A DNA stretch of 63,179 nt, the filler included, from Neolecta irregularis DAH-3 (lineage: Eukaryota): the NCBI GenBank assembly GCA_001929475.1. It is 4 parts of 4 records of this genome, joined end to end, with 100 filler letters (N's around TTAATTAATTAA, not from the genome) between each part and the next. Parts side by side here need not be neighbours in the genome. Positions count along the whole stretch, not along the records: positions 48,123 to 61,221 come from LXFE01000281.1; positions 61,322 to 63,179 come from LXFE01000282.1; 2 more parts are not named here. One strand, 5' to 3'. Below the pieces are notes generated by a model that saw only the letters and a program-made list of their open reading frames with translations, did not search any database and had not been told where the DNA came from. A program made the position numbers and the translations under genes. This document shows positions 53,238-63,179 of the stretch, one piece after another (the stretch's first letter is position 1; each line of letters begins with the position of its first letter).

Positions 53238-54000
53238 ATGATTCACATCATAAGTTTCTCTATTTTGGCAGTTGCCTTGGCGAAAACAGATTTCCAAACC
53301 TGTGTTGACGGTGCCAAACCATTTGTCAAGAGTTATAAAGCTTGCTTGACCACCTCCAAAAGTGACGAGATCTTCAGGGATTGCATTTGCACCGATGCCA
53401 ATAAAGCTGAAATATCAGTGTATCTTCCTTCTGTGATCATTTGTGACAATAAAGATGTGCCAAAGCTATTCCCTCAGTACCAGCACTAGCGGATTATTTT
53501 GGCGAAATGGATATCTCAAAAGTGGATGACAACATTCAATTCTTTTGTTCAGCTCCAATAAATATGCTTAAAGAACACCTCAATATCAAGGACCTCCGGG
53601 AAGAGTTGAAAGAATCAACCCATAAGCTATGCACTGTCCCTGAAACCGAAATGGTGGAATTCCTAGAGCAAATTGGCCTTCCCGAATCAGAAATTTTGGA
53701 TATATTTAAAGAACTTTGCCCTTTTAATGAGGTACAACATGCAAAGGCTAAAAATGTTATAGAAAACAAGGTAGAAATGATCTCGCTCTCGCATAATACT
53801 AATCGAAGGAAAACAAGATCGCAGAAACAGTTGGGAGTTTTTCATCTGTCTCGGCTCAAACCACGGCGATCGCGACTCGTAGCAATGTTAGTACTGCCAC
53901 ACCAACCGAAACAAAGGTTGCAAAGGCAACCTCTGGCGCAATTGTTGCCCATATCGCAGGTTTAGTTGGTGGAGTTGCTGCACTGGGCGCAATGCTTTAA
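53238..54000 (+). CDS. Secreted Cys-rich protein with probable GPI-anchor signal
   Basis: Signal peptide MIHIISFSILAVALA, spaced cysteines (CICT), Ser/Thr-rich linker, hydrophobic C-terminus SGAIVAHIAGLVGGVAALGAML*. Confidence 0.7.
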
Positions 54001-54329
54001 AATGCAGAAGATGAATCTAGATTAGTGGAAGTTAATAGACATCTTATTAATTACCTATACATATTGATTCACTTCAACCAAACAATGGAACCTGTCAAAT
54101 TTATGATGACTTTGTGCAACTGGGGGTTGTTCTTTGTGGCATGAAGATATCGCCGGAGTCAGAAGTACCCTACAGCCTGTACTACAGGTGATTAGGAGGT
54201 CATGGCATGGACAAGCTTAAAACATGTTGACATTATTTCTCCAAATGTTTTATCTTCACAGTTGACTCACAGTGATTATGCAATGAACCATTATAATTGA
54301 ACAATATGGATGTCACAAAAGCCAAACTA

Positions 54330-57300
54330 TCACCTAACGTAAAATCCATCCCTTCTTGAACAACGACAATCACAATCTGGCACTGCGCAAGTCTCATGCT
54401 TCTCGAACCATGCTCTAGAATGACCAGCATGCATACCATGGCTACACCCAAGACAGATATTGAATGATTTCTCTGCCGGGAATTCTTCAGTTGTTTCAAT
54501 AGGAGGTACTCCAAGCGGTAAGAGACATAAGGCACAACGAGGAAGCGGCTTGTTGCAATTTGGACAATGAGTTGACTTCAAAATCAAAATCAGAGATAAA
54601 TGAAAAGAACCTTATTGATGTGCTGAAGACCACTGATTCCATTGCGTGAATACATCTGTGGGAAACGCTTTCCCCTGATGTTATCATCGATATGTGTGAT
54701 ACTCTATATTGTTAGCAAATGTGGTAATTATTTTGTTTGCACTACCTGGTCGCAATGGTTACATCTCACGACAAATCCACGCTCAGTTTTCATGAAATTT
54801 CCGTTCATCCGAGATATTTTTCCTCTTTCAATATCAAATTTGGACCGCTGGTAAAATAACCTCCAGCTGTTCAGCAATTCACGGTAACTATAGTCAGACA
54901 GGGCATCCTAGAAGTCTCACCTCTCGATCCATATGTTAAATCTATCATCCAATTTCTTAGCAAAAGAACAAACCAAAGCAGCAGTTTGAACATCACCAGT
55001 TCTATCCACGTAAATTTGAAGAAGGTCGCCAAATTCAGGAGTAAGTCCGGTGATATATACACCCTCAAAATCTCCACTGGTAATAACTTCTTTTCCCAAA
55101 GTTAACAAATAATTTGAGAGCTTTCCCAAGTCAGTTTTACCCAAACGATATTATCAATCTTACATCCTCGTCATCGAGAAACCTGAGCGCGATACCAAGT
55201 CTATCCCGTAAAGGCAAGGCCGCATCATCAAGAACATCTCTCCATTCCCCGTTCGCAATGAAAGCATAAATTGCTCTGAGATAGGGTTCTTCGAGTTCAT
55301 TACTCAGTTTTCGACATAAGTCTCTCCAGATAGGATTTTTGTTCGTTTTTGTATTGAGATGTCCCGCTACCGCGGTCGACATGAGTTTGAGTTTGTCAGT
55401 TCCTTGAGAGAGAGAGCGAATACAACGATCTATGTCACCATGAAAGCAGGCCCATGCTGCAGCCTTTTCATATTCCTTTCGGGATTCGATACTTGGTGTT
55501 GGTTGGGGATAAGGCGGGATACGTACGCTTGAAGTTTCTCTTCGAGTTCTGGAAGTGCAAAGTCCCAACCACAGAGAATGAGAGAAAGCTGTCGTTGTTC
55601 AATCCTTGACGGGACTGCGCAGAAGATTCGGTTTGGATAGCGATGAACTATGTCTGTGACTGCTTGGAGATAGGCGTTATCATTCGTTGGACCGTTCGTA
55701 TATCGCATCTGATCTCGGGTGGAAGATGGCCTTGAGTTGGCACCAGATACGCCGAACCAAATCCCCCAAACACCTTGAAAGGAAAGATTGAATTGTCCGG
55801 ATTTCAAGGACCCGTTCTGAGAACGAAGCTGAGCAAGCGACAACCACATCCATAAATCGCGCTCAGGTTGATCTATTGACAGGTCCATGTTTTTACTCGG
55901 CTGTAGTATCAGTGAATTCATCCTAAAGCAATCTCACATCCATAGAATAACCAATTTCGGCTTTCCTTTTCATCCTACTAGAGACATCTCGATCAAGAAT
56001 ACCATTGGTCTTATTGATTCCTTGAATCGCAGCGTTAGGTGTTGGTGAGATACAGGATCCCCCAGGACGAGTTCTTTTTTGCGGTTTGAGGGCATCCTCA
56101 TCTTCAGATGAGTCGATATCCCATTCGTCAAGATTGGGATTTCTGGGAGTAACTTTGAAAGATACCAAGTTTTCTTGGCGGGAAATTGTAATTGAATTGT
56201 ACGGGTTAACCGAAAATGATCTTAGAGGTTTGAAAATTACTTCGGTTTGAATAGATGAGTTGTCATGAATGGTCAAGATTTTGTTGGGCTTTTTGTCTGG
56301 AAATTCGCTGTCGAGGATCCAATCAAAAGATCTAATACGGTCCATTCCCTCGGAGTTTGAAGGTACTTGAATGTCAGCCGCATTTTCGATAAAATAGATG
56401 CACCGTCAGCAGTCCTCCAAACTTGAGCCAATGTTTCACTCCGTTCTTCAACACGATAGACTTTGCTGCTTTTCTCCTCTATTATTTCCCAAGCCTTTAT
56501 CATTCCATTTGAATTCAGAATTGCCAAGGTTCCGTTCTCAATCCGTAAATCGAGAATAGGAAAGGTTCGACCGTGTTCTTCGGCGCTCGCTTTGTTAAAC
56601 TGTAGAACAGGTTCTCGAAAACTCCGCCGGTCCCAAACTGCAACTGAGCCGTCATCAGAACTAGAAGCAAAGAAATTTCCAGCTGCAGGGATTGCTATGT
56701 TATACATGCATCTCGTTGAAACAGACTTCGAGGGATGTCCGAGGGGTTCTGTTTGTTAACCAGGTGTTGAGGAAAACCTTGCCTCGGAAATCATAAATCC
56801 TAAGAGCTTTCGAAGCACCTGCTACGACTTCATTGGTGTCAAGAAAGCCTAGAGAACATATAGTCTCGGCATAAGCAAATTGGACAATTTGTCCATGATG
56901 GACACTTTCTCGACTGCTGCTTTCAGGTCTGCTACTCGGATTTGAGGTAGTCCTTTCGATATCCCATATCACTAATGAATAGTCATTGCGAACTTTATCT
57001 AACCCTGTAGCGAGAAAGTTCTGTGAGAAGGAAATAGTAGTGCAGGGTCGTTGATGTTTCACATCAAGGGGAATCGACGATTCCCGTTCAACTAGTCGCT
57101 GGAGATAGGCGGTGCCAGAACGTGTGCCGTATGCGATGAGATCTACTGTAAGCTGAAGTAAACTGAGCCTCAAGTACTGGACTGAACCGGGGACCAAGCA
57201 AGACACTGAGTTTTCAGAGACGATTAAACAACAGATGTACAGTTGCCCCTACTTCGACTCTCTTTGCAAGTTCCTCTTCGAAGTAAACATCCTGAAAGAT

Positions 57301-57453
57301 CAAGGTTTATCCTCTGTGTAATGATATTCCTACATGTGTATATTCATTTTGAACAATCTTGTAAAGCGTTACTTCTTTTCCCTTCGTATCCAATATAACA
57401 AACTCCGCATTCAAGGGATTTTTCCTTAGAAAAAAAGACCTGCGATCATCCAT
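54330..57453 (-). CDS. SEA4: SEA/GATOR2 subunit Sea4 (MIOS)
   Basis: WD40 with LATGLDKVRNDYSLVIWD, YLRAIYAFIANGEWRDVL..LPLRDRLGIALRFL, YVDRTGDVQTAAL, C-terminal LPRCALC..CSHGMHAGH..CAVPDCDC. Confidence 0.93.
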
Positions 57454-57537
57454 TGATAATCATTCAGAGATGCGGAGTTCGTTATGAAAGTTTCGGACTG
57501 GTCGATGTCGACACTTTTTTAACTTCCACAAATAAGG

Positions 57538-58261
57538 ATGAAAGACACGCGTCCCAAAACTTTTACAAACCAATACGAAAATGATCTTCATGGAAATATC
57601 GGTGTTAGTAAAGTCAAGAAACAGGTAGTTTTTCTTCTGTAAAGAAGGATTAATGAGATGTCAGATTCGAGATACCTCTCGTTTGTTAAAAAAGGTATTT
57701 ATGAATAGGGATAAACTCCTGACAGAAGGACTCAATACCTGCGAATGTTCGGATAGATAAAGAGCGAGAGCTCAAAGCACTGAACGAAAAGCTTGCTGAA
57801 TTGTCACAAGGATCCTTGGAAAAGAAGATATCCAAAAAATACAACATGGTTAAATTTTTCGGCAAGCACACTCCTCAAAAACATTCTGACAGGTGGAGAA
57901 AGGAAGAAGGCAGTCCGGAAGATTGAGCAATTGGACAAGAAGATGAAACATTGCCAAGATGATGAGCAAAAGAAGAAGATACAGGCAGAAATTAAACGGT
58001 ACCAAGTGGATATCAACTATACCCTGGTATTCTATTTAAAGGGTCCGACTGACCCTTGAGTTTTTCCCGCGTGCAGAGAAGTACGTGTCGTTGTACAAGA
58101 GCGGAGAATCCGGAGTACGAACTCGTGTTAGACGTGATATAGAGAATAGGATGGACGAAGGTAGGCTAGATGTTGCAGCCCCTTCTTTATTAAAGAATGC
58201 AGAAAAGTGCCCATTACAAGAACACCAGAAGGAAGCCGCCCAAGACGACTTCTTTGAATAA
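57538..58261 (+). CDS. EFG1: rRNA-processing protein Efg1
   Basis: KVKKQIRDTSRLL, ERELKAL, KKYNMVKFFERKKA, DINYTLFFPRAEKYVSLY, C-terminal DDFFE. Confidence 0.88.
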
Positions 58262-58402
58262 TCTCTGTTTTCAGGCGTTGGGGCGGTTAATGAAAGACTA
58301 TATTATATTCACAATTCATTCGATATGACTAGAACCATACGGCAAGTAATTATACAAGTCCATTCAATATTTACCGTCCGCCTAAACAACGCCCCTGTAT
58401 CT

Positions 58403-60486
58403 CTAAACTCCACCGAGCACGTTCAACACTCCCTGGCCTAACGCTTCCAAATCCTGTCCTTTGAAACTCATTTTCGCGTCGAAGTGCGTCCTCATGGAGA
58501 TCCCACATGTATTTATATTCGCCTTGATAGTTAGACTCAAATACGGAGGAGATGTACCATAGTAGCCCGGCCATGTCGGAATTACGGACATCTTTTGTCG
58601 TGCAAGAGCGTCAGTGAATCGTGGCTGCCAAGCTGCTAACATCTCCATGGCCGAAGATGATATTTGTTCAGAGAGCAAGTTCTACTATTAGCACTGTTGA
58701 TAGATGCAACTAGATTCCTGACTGAGACTTTTTTCTTCAGACTTTGGTATGGCGAGATCAGTATCTTGACGAATGAGAGTATTATCCATCATTTCGAAAT
58801 ACATCTCTCTTAATTCAGATACTTTACTATTTGATCGTGGATGACTCAGAGGAGATGGAACGGAAGAAGTAATAGCAAAGGTTGATGAAGTTGAAGATAC
58901 TGTAAGAGGGGAGTGACTACTGTTTGGTCGATCAAATATTTCATCATCACCGAAAGAATTGATTGACGACGCTTCTGGATGGCGTACTGGGATCGGTTTG
59001 ACTTCGAGTTGGAATAGTATGTCATCTATATCAGGTTCAGCTGCGAATGGTGATTGAGGCATCGACAAGAGTTGCAGGGGTGGAGTAGCCAATCCAGCTT
59101 TAGGAGAGAGAGAGTGAGTCAACGAGGGAGTTTTGGCCTGTTCAGTAGGAATAGTTATAATGGCCTCTTTGAAATCGGGGGAGCAATCGCTTTCTGTCAG
59201 CGATATCGTCTCGAATTCGTCCTCCTTCAGCTTTGTACTTTCTATTTTATTGTCGACTTGCTCTTGAGCATGATGGCTCTCAAACTTTGTATATTCTCGG
59301 GTGAGAATGAATGAGACGCTTTTCTTTTGGCCGCTGGAGTCGCCCTTTTTCAACAGAGCTGTTTTGGGCGTATTGACATAAAGTGTCATCCTTGGAAGAG
59401 TTTTCGGTTCAAATTGTCGACTGAGATCTCTTACTTTTCCAAGATTATCCCGCAATCGATTGATCACAGGCGAATGCCTCTCTTTTGGAATTAAGAATTT
59501 GTTTGAAGCGGTCTTTTGTGCAGCAAGAGGAGTCAAAGGTTTTTGTGCGTTTGCTTTGTGCGGTCTCCGGGTTGTTCTTTTCACAGTGGCTTGCGCTTGC
59601 AAGCCTGCATAATTCCCTTGATCGACAATAAGAGTATTCCTCTTTGACGTCAGCGTGCTATTACATTCTTTCTTTGGGATTGACGCATGATAATAGATTT
59701 CTATCAACGCGCTACAGGAGGAGATTTTGAAATCCATTTCTGCAATGCGGCTTAACAAGTGCAAGTGTAGGGATTCTAGAGCATTGAACGAATCAGAGGA
59801 GTACTCTTTGATCAGATGCGAGTGAGATATTTGGGGTGAATGCTAAATTAGTTAGCTTGTGACATGAGCCATTGTGAACTTGTTCACTAGCAGGTGGCGA
59901 TGACGATGAGAGTTTTCTGGAGGTCTTTGAAAATGATTAGTAAGGCTACATGCGTATATACGGCCTACCGAGTGATCTAATTTCAAAACCCTTGGTTGAG
60001 GGCTTCCATTGTTGTTCGCAACAGACCTTTGCGATATTTTATTGGACATACCGGATAGATCTCCTCGCGTAGTTGGGGAAAATGCTTGAGTAGTTTTGAT
60101 GGAAGATAGATCCTACTGCCGAATATGATGGATTTGAGTTTCGTATAGTCGCTGGTAGTCCTGTGAGTATGAATCAGGATGTCATGCTTCCGAAAGGGGA
60201 CCCATCGAGGAATGTACGGGACGCGTCTTACATCTCTTTCAGGTGAAATACACATTTTTGAAGGGATTAAGGCTTCATGGCGACTGTTCAAGGCAGTAAC
60301 GATCGATAAAGATGCAGTTATATAACGGGATACCACTTGAAACGAAAAGAAATTTGTCCTAGATAACGGCGGTTGGGATTTCTGCACTTTTGAAGCATCC
60401 TTTATTGTAACGCGCGAACTTGACGCGACTCTTTTTTGAACTCGAGGATCGTTTGCAGCAAATCGGCCCCTTGACAAGTACAGCAA
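58403..60486 (-). CDS. Hypothetical multi-exon Ser/Thr/Pro-rich protein (possibly two genes)
   Basis: Consecutive long minus-strand ORFs (167, 358 and 91 aa) separated by intron-sized gaps; no family recognised. Confidence 0.5.
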
Positions 60487-61127
60487 AGACGAGACAATTT
60501 ATGAGCTGTTTTAGATTGCGCAATCCCATGATCTCGGTAAAAGCAATAGTGGATTTCTAATGCAAATGTATTTTTTTCAAAGCGATTACAGGACCCTTCA
60601 GTTCTCCAAGACGCATTGCGCCCCAATGTTGTCAAACAAAGCCAATTTGAAGAAAAAGGAAATAAAACCTCGCTTAATCTATTTTAAATAGGGGGAAACA
60701 GAATGTTTTCGGTAATTGCGAAAAAACTATGCTGATTAATTGCTCCAGTCGCCAGTAGAATTACAGCTCGCAGAATCTAATGTCCGAGGTATAGCGTGCT
60801 CTTTGGGACTAGTGTAAATCGATTTTTGGTCTCTTGCTAACTTGTAGTCATCCAGATCTGCAAAAATGGAATTTAATCAGAGTAGAACAAAGTATTCTCA
60901 TTCTATTAATTCTTTTATCAAAGGTTTCTATAGGTGAAAAAGAAAAGATGTCTCACTCGAAAAGTGTAGCAAGGCCATGACAAAAATAGTTGATCACTAT
61001 TAGTGGAGACTACTGACGGATCCCCCACAGCTTCTATCGGCGGTGATGAGCTGACTGTCAGCTCAGAGGTACTAGTGTCTGTAAGGATGATGGCTAACCA
61101 GGCCTCCTTACAGTGGCTTATATAGCC

Positions 61128-61219
61128 AAAGGTGCCCCTATCCTATAGGCCCCTGTCTCAGGAATTGCCCCTGGTTAATAGTGGGCCCCTGTCTCAGGTA
61201 CTGCCCCTGGCTAATAGTC
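61128..61219. repeat. 36-bp tandem repeat, about 2 copies, at contig end
   Basis: GGCCCCTGTCTCAGG(A/T)A(T/C)TGCCCCTGG(T/C)TAATAGT repeated up to the gap. Confidence 0.7.
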
Positions 61220-61221
61220 CG

Positions 61222-61321
61222 NNNNNNNNNNNNNNNNNNNNNNNNNNNNNNNNNNNNNNNNNNNNTTAATTAATTAANNNNNNNNNNNNNNNNNNNNNNN
61301 NNNNNNNNNNNNNNNNNNNNN
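61222..61321. other. Artificial contig spacer
   Basis: N-run, TTAATTAATTAA, N-run. Confidence 0.95.
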
Positions 61322-61566
61322 AAAAAGTGTGCTAAAGCATGCCTTGACGCCAAATATTCGTGCAAAGTGTTCATAGTAGCCTCTTTCACTCCAAATCACC
61401 AGGTTTGCATGATGTTTAAGATTCCGGCATCACTGCTAATCTCTGAATTTGATGACACTGTTGGGTCGTCGGTAATATTCGAGTATGTGCTTGCGACCAA
61501 TGGTAATATTTCTCATAGTCTAGGACTGTTGAACCTGTTATTGAGAGATTCTTTTATGATTATAAA

Positions 61567-62439
61567 ATGACAGAAAACGATTGGTCCAACAGACTTGTTA
61601 ATGGGTATTTCCCAGCAAGTGAACCTATACCTGAAGATCTCCTGCATGTGATAAGAGCTTGCAAGACTGTCATGTATAGTGAACAGGCAATCGCAACCGA
61701 TTTCGATAAATGGACTTCTTTGGGGGATATTTCCGAGTCTCGGATACCAATTACCGAACTTGAGGAATTTTCTGACAAGAAAGTTTTGGAAGGTGTCAAG
61801 TCTTGGGAAGAATTTTCAGAAAAAGAGGAAATTGATCCTTCGGAATCGTTTGCCACTATTTTGTTGACCTTTCTCGATATATTTTGTCCTCATATTCGTC
61901 GAGGCACAACAACTATTTATGATCCAATCAAAAAGGTTCTTTTCATTGATAACGAGGATATACACATACTCGTCACTTCACTCGGGCCTCGTCGTTATGC
62001 GACAGTACGAGACCAGCCAAAGTCCAAAGAAGATTCAAGATATTTCGTATATATGATGAGAGACAGAAACGATGATTATGACATATACGATAAAATAGCT
62101 GCGGACCTCTTTCAACAAGCAATGAACCTGAAGACGACCACACAGTATGCCAAGACCGTCAAATACAATACTGGCCACATACATACTGACCACGACGAGC
62201 AATCGCAAGCTATACTGGTGTTGTTCAACGTTCTCCGGTTGCTTATTGAACCTGAATTGGGGTTTCCTGACTATCCTGATCCTAGCCCATCTTGGTCGAT
62301 ATTCTATCAAGACCTTGTAACAGCTGTGCTCTCCCACATTTATGGCAAAAAGTACGAGAGAACTCGAATCTTTTCCGCGTTGAAGACGAGATTACAATCG
62401 AATAACTTTGCAGACACCTCAGTGTCATACCAGAAATAA
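61567..62439 (+). CDS. Intronless hypothetical protein, 290 aa
   Basis: Uninterrupted ATG-TAA ORF with globular-looking composition; no family recognised. Confidence 0.6.
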   Translation: MTENDWSNRLVNGYFPASEPIPEDLLHVIRACKTVMYSEQAIATDFDKWTSLGDISESRIPITELEEFSDKKVLEGVKSWEEFSEKEEIDPSESFATILLTFLDIFCPHIRRGTTTIYDPIKKVLFIDNEDIHILVTSLGPRRYATVRDQPKSKEDSRYFVYMMRDRNDDYDIYDKIAADLFQQAMNLKTTTQYAKTVKYNTGHIHTDHDEQSQAILVLFNVLRLLIEPELGFPDYPDPSPSWSIFYQDLVTAVLSHIYGKKYERTRIFSALKTRLQSNNFADTSVSYQK

Positions 62440-63179
62440 TTATTTGATGTATTTTATGAAGTTTCAGTGTTTTTGTAACGGATTTTTATGCATGATGAAC
62501 GTTAGTTTTTCTTCAATTTTGAAAGTATTGCTAAAATATGAACTTTGAGAGAGCGCACCCAACACGAGTCCAGCACAACTTCGGAGAATGACCTCGCCCA
62601 TCGATAATTTGTTAGATGAGTCCGGCCCGATAGATCCACGCAATCAAGGCCCACAAGGGCATGCTTTAAGCGTAGTAATTAAGCGTAGTTACTCGTGCTC
62701 GAGTACCTATTCTGAAGCAACCTAGAACCCAAGTCGAAGTAGTGAAACAAACTATCAATACACACAATCAGTTTATACTCACAATATTCATCATCATTCT
62801 AATGAAAAAAACACCTATCGCAAATTGGGCTAGCATTAAAATTAATTGCTGTTTCAAATATAACTACTATTGATTGATTCTATTTACTTTTATATGATCT
62901 AGTTTGATAACACATGCTTTGGTTGTGCAGTCACTGTGCTATGACAAAAAGAAACAGCAAAGGCATTAGAAAGAGCTAGTATTGATAACTGCTTGTTTTT
63001 TGAATGGCAGCTAAACTTTGAATAGAACATTGGGTAGACAAATATATGTATCACACAATTCTTCTTGGGTGGCGGGTTTCGGGGGGTGTCGGTTAAATCA
63101 CTGCTGAGCTTTATCGAGATTGAAATCAACTGGATTTCATGTTCTTCTCATATACACTAGAGACCACGAATGCAACGAG

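Overview
Gene-dense eukaryotic DNA from a fungus. Protein similarities and gene content suggest an early-diverging ascomycete (Taphrinomycotina-like; inferred, not proven). The window is four contigs joined by artificial N-TTAATTAATTAA-N spacers. It holds about 35 intron-rich protein genes, mostly housekeeping: probable SMC6 (partial), cystathionine gamma-synthase, UTP22, POM152, RPS20, Nup42/Amo1, an ELYS-domain nucleoporin, MAM33, SmD1, histone H1, RAD54, TAF12, a Pps1-like phosphatase, PP2A-C, Rieske RIP1, a CMC1-like factor, SYN8, cyclin C, a Ca-binding mitochondrial carrier, REV7, a RING/TRAF protein, CCT1, a Ytp1-like protein, GCP2, RPL16, SEA4 and EFG1. There are also two tRNA genes and two related solo LTRs. 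The strongest unusual signal is splicing. Introns are tiny (about 31-50 nt) and largely lack polypyrimidine tracts. Conserved reading frames require at least 8 GC donors, several GAG acceptors, one AT-AC intron (RIP1) and one apparent GG-AG intron (PP2A). Also notable: a perfect 37-bp-stem hairpin just downstream of tRNA-Thr(CGT), a solo LTR placed like a promoter in front of a secreted GPI-type gene, and three nucleoporin genes within 7.5 kb. All exon structures were inferred by hand and need RNA-seq confirmation.
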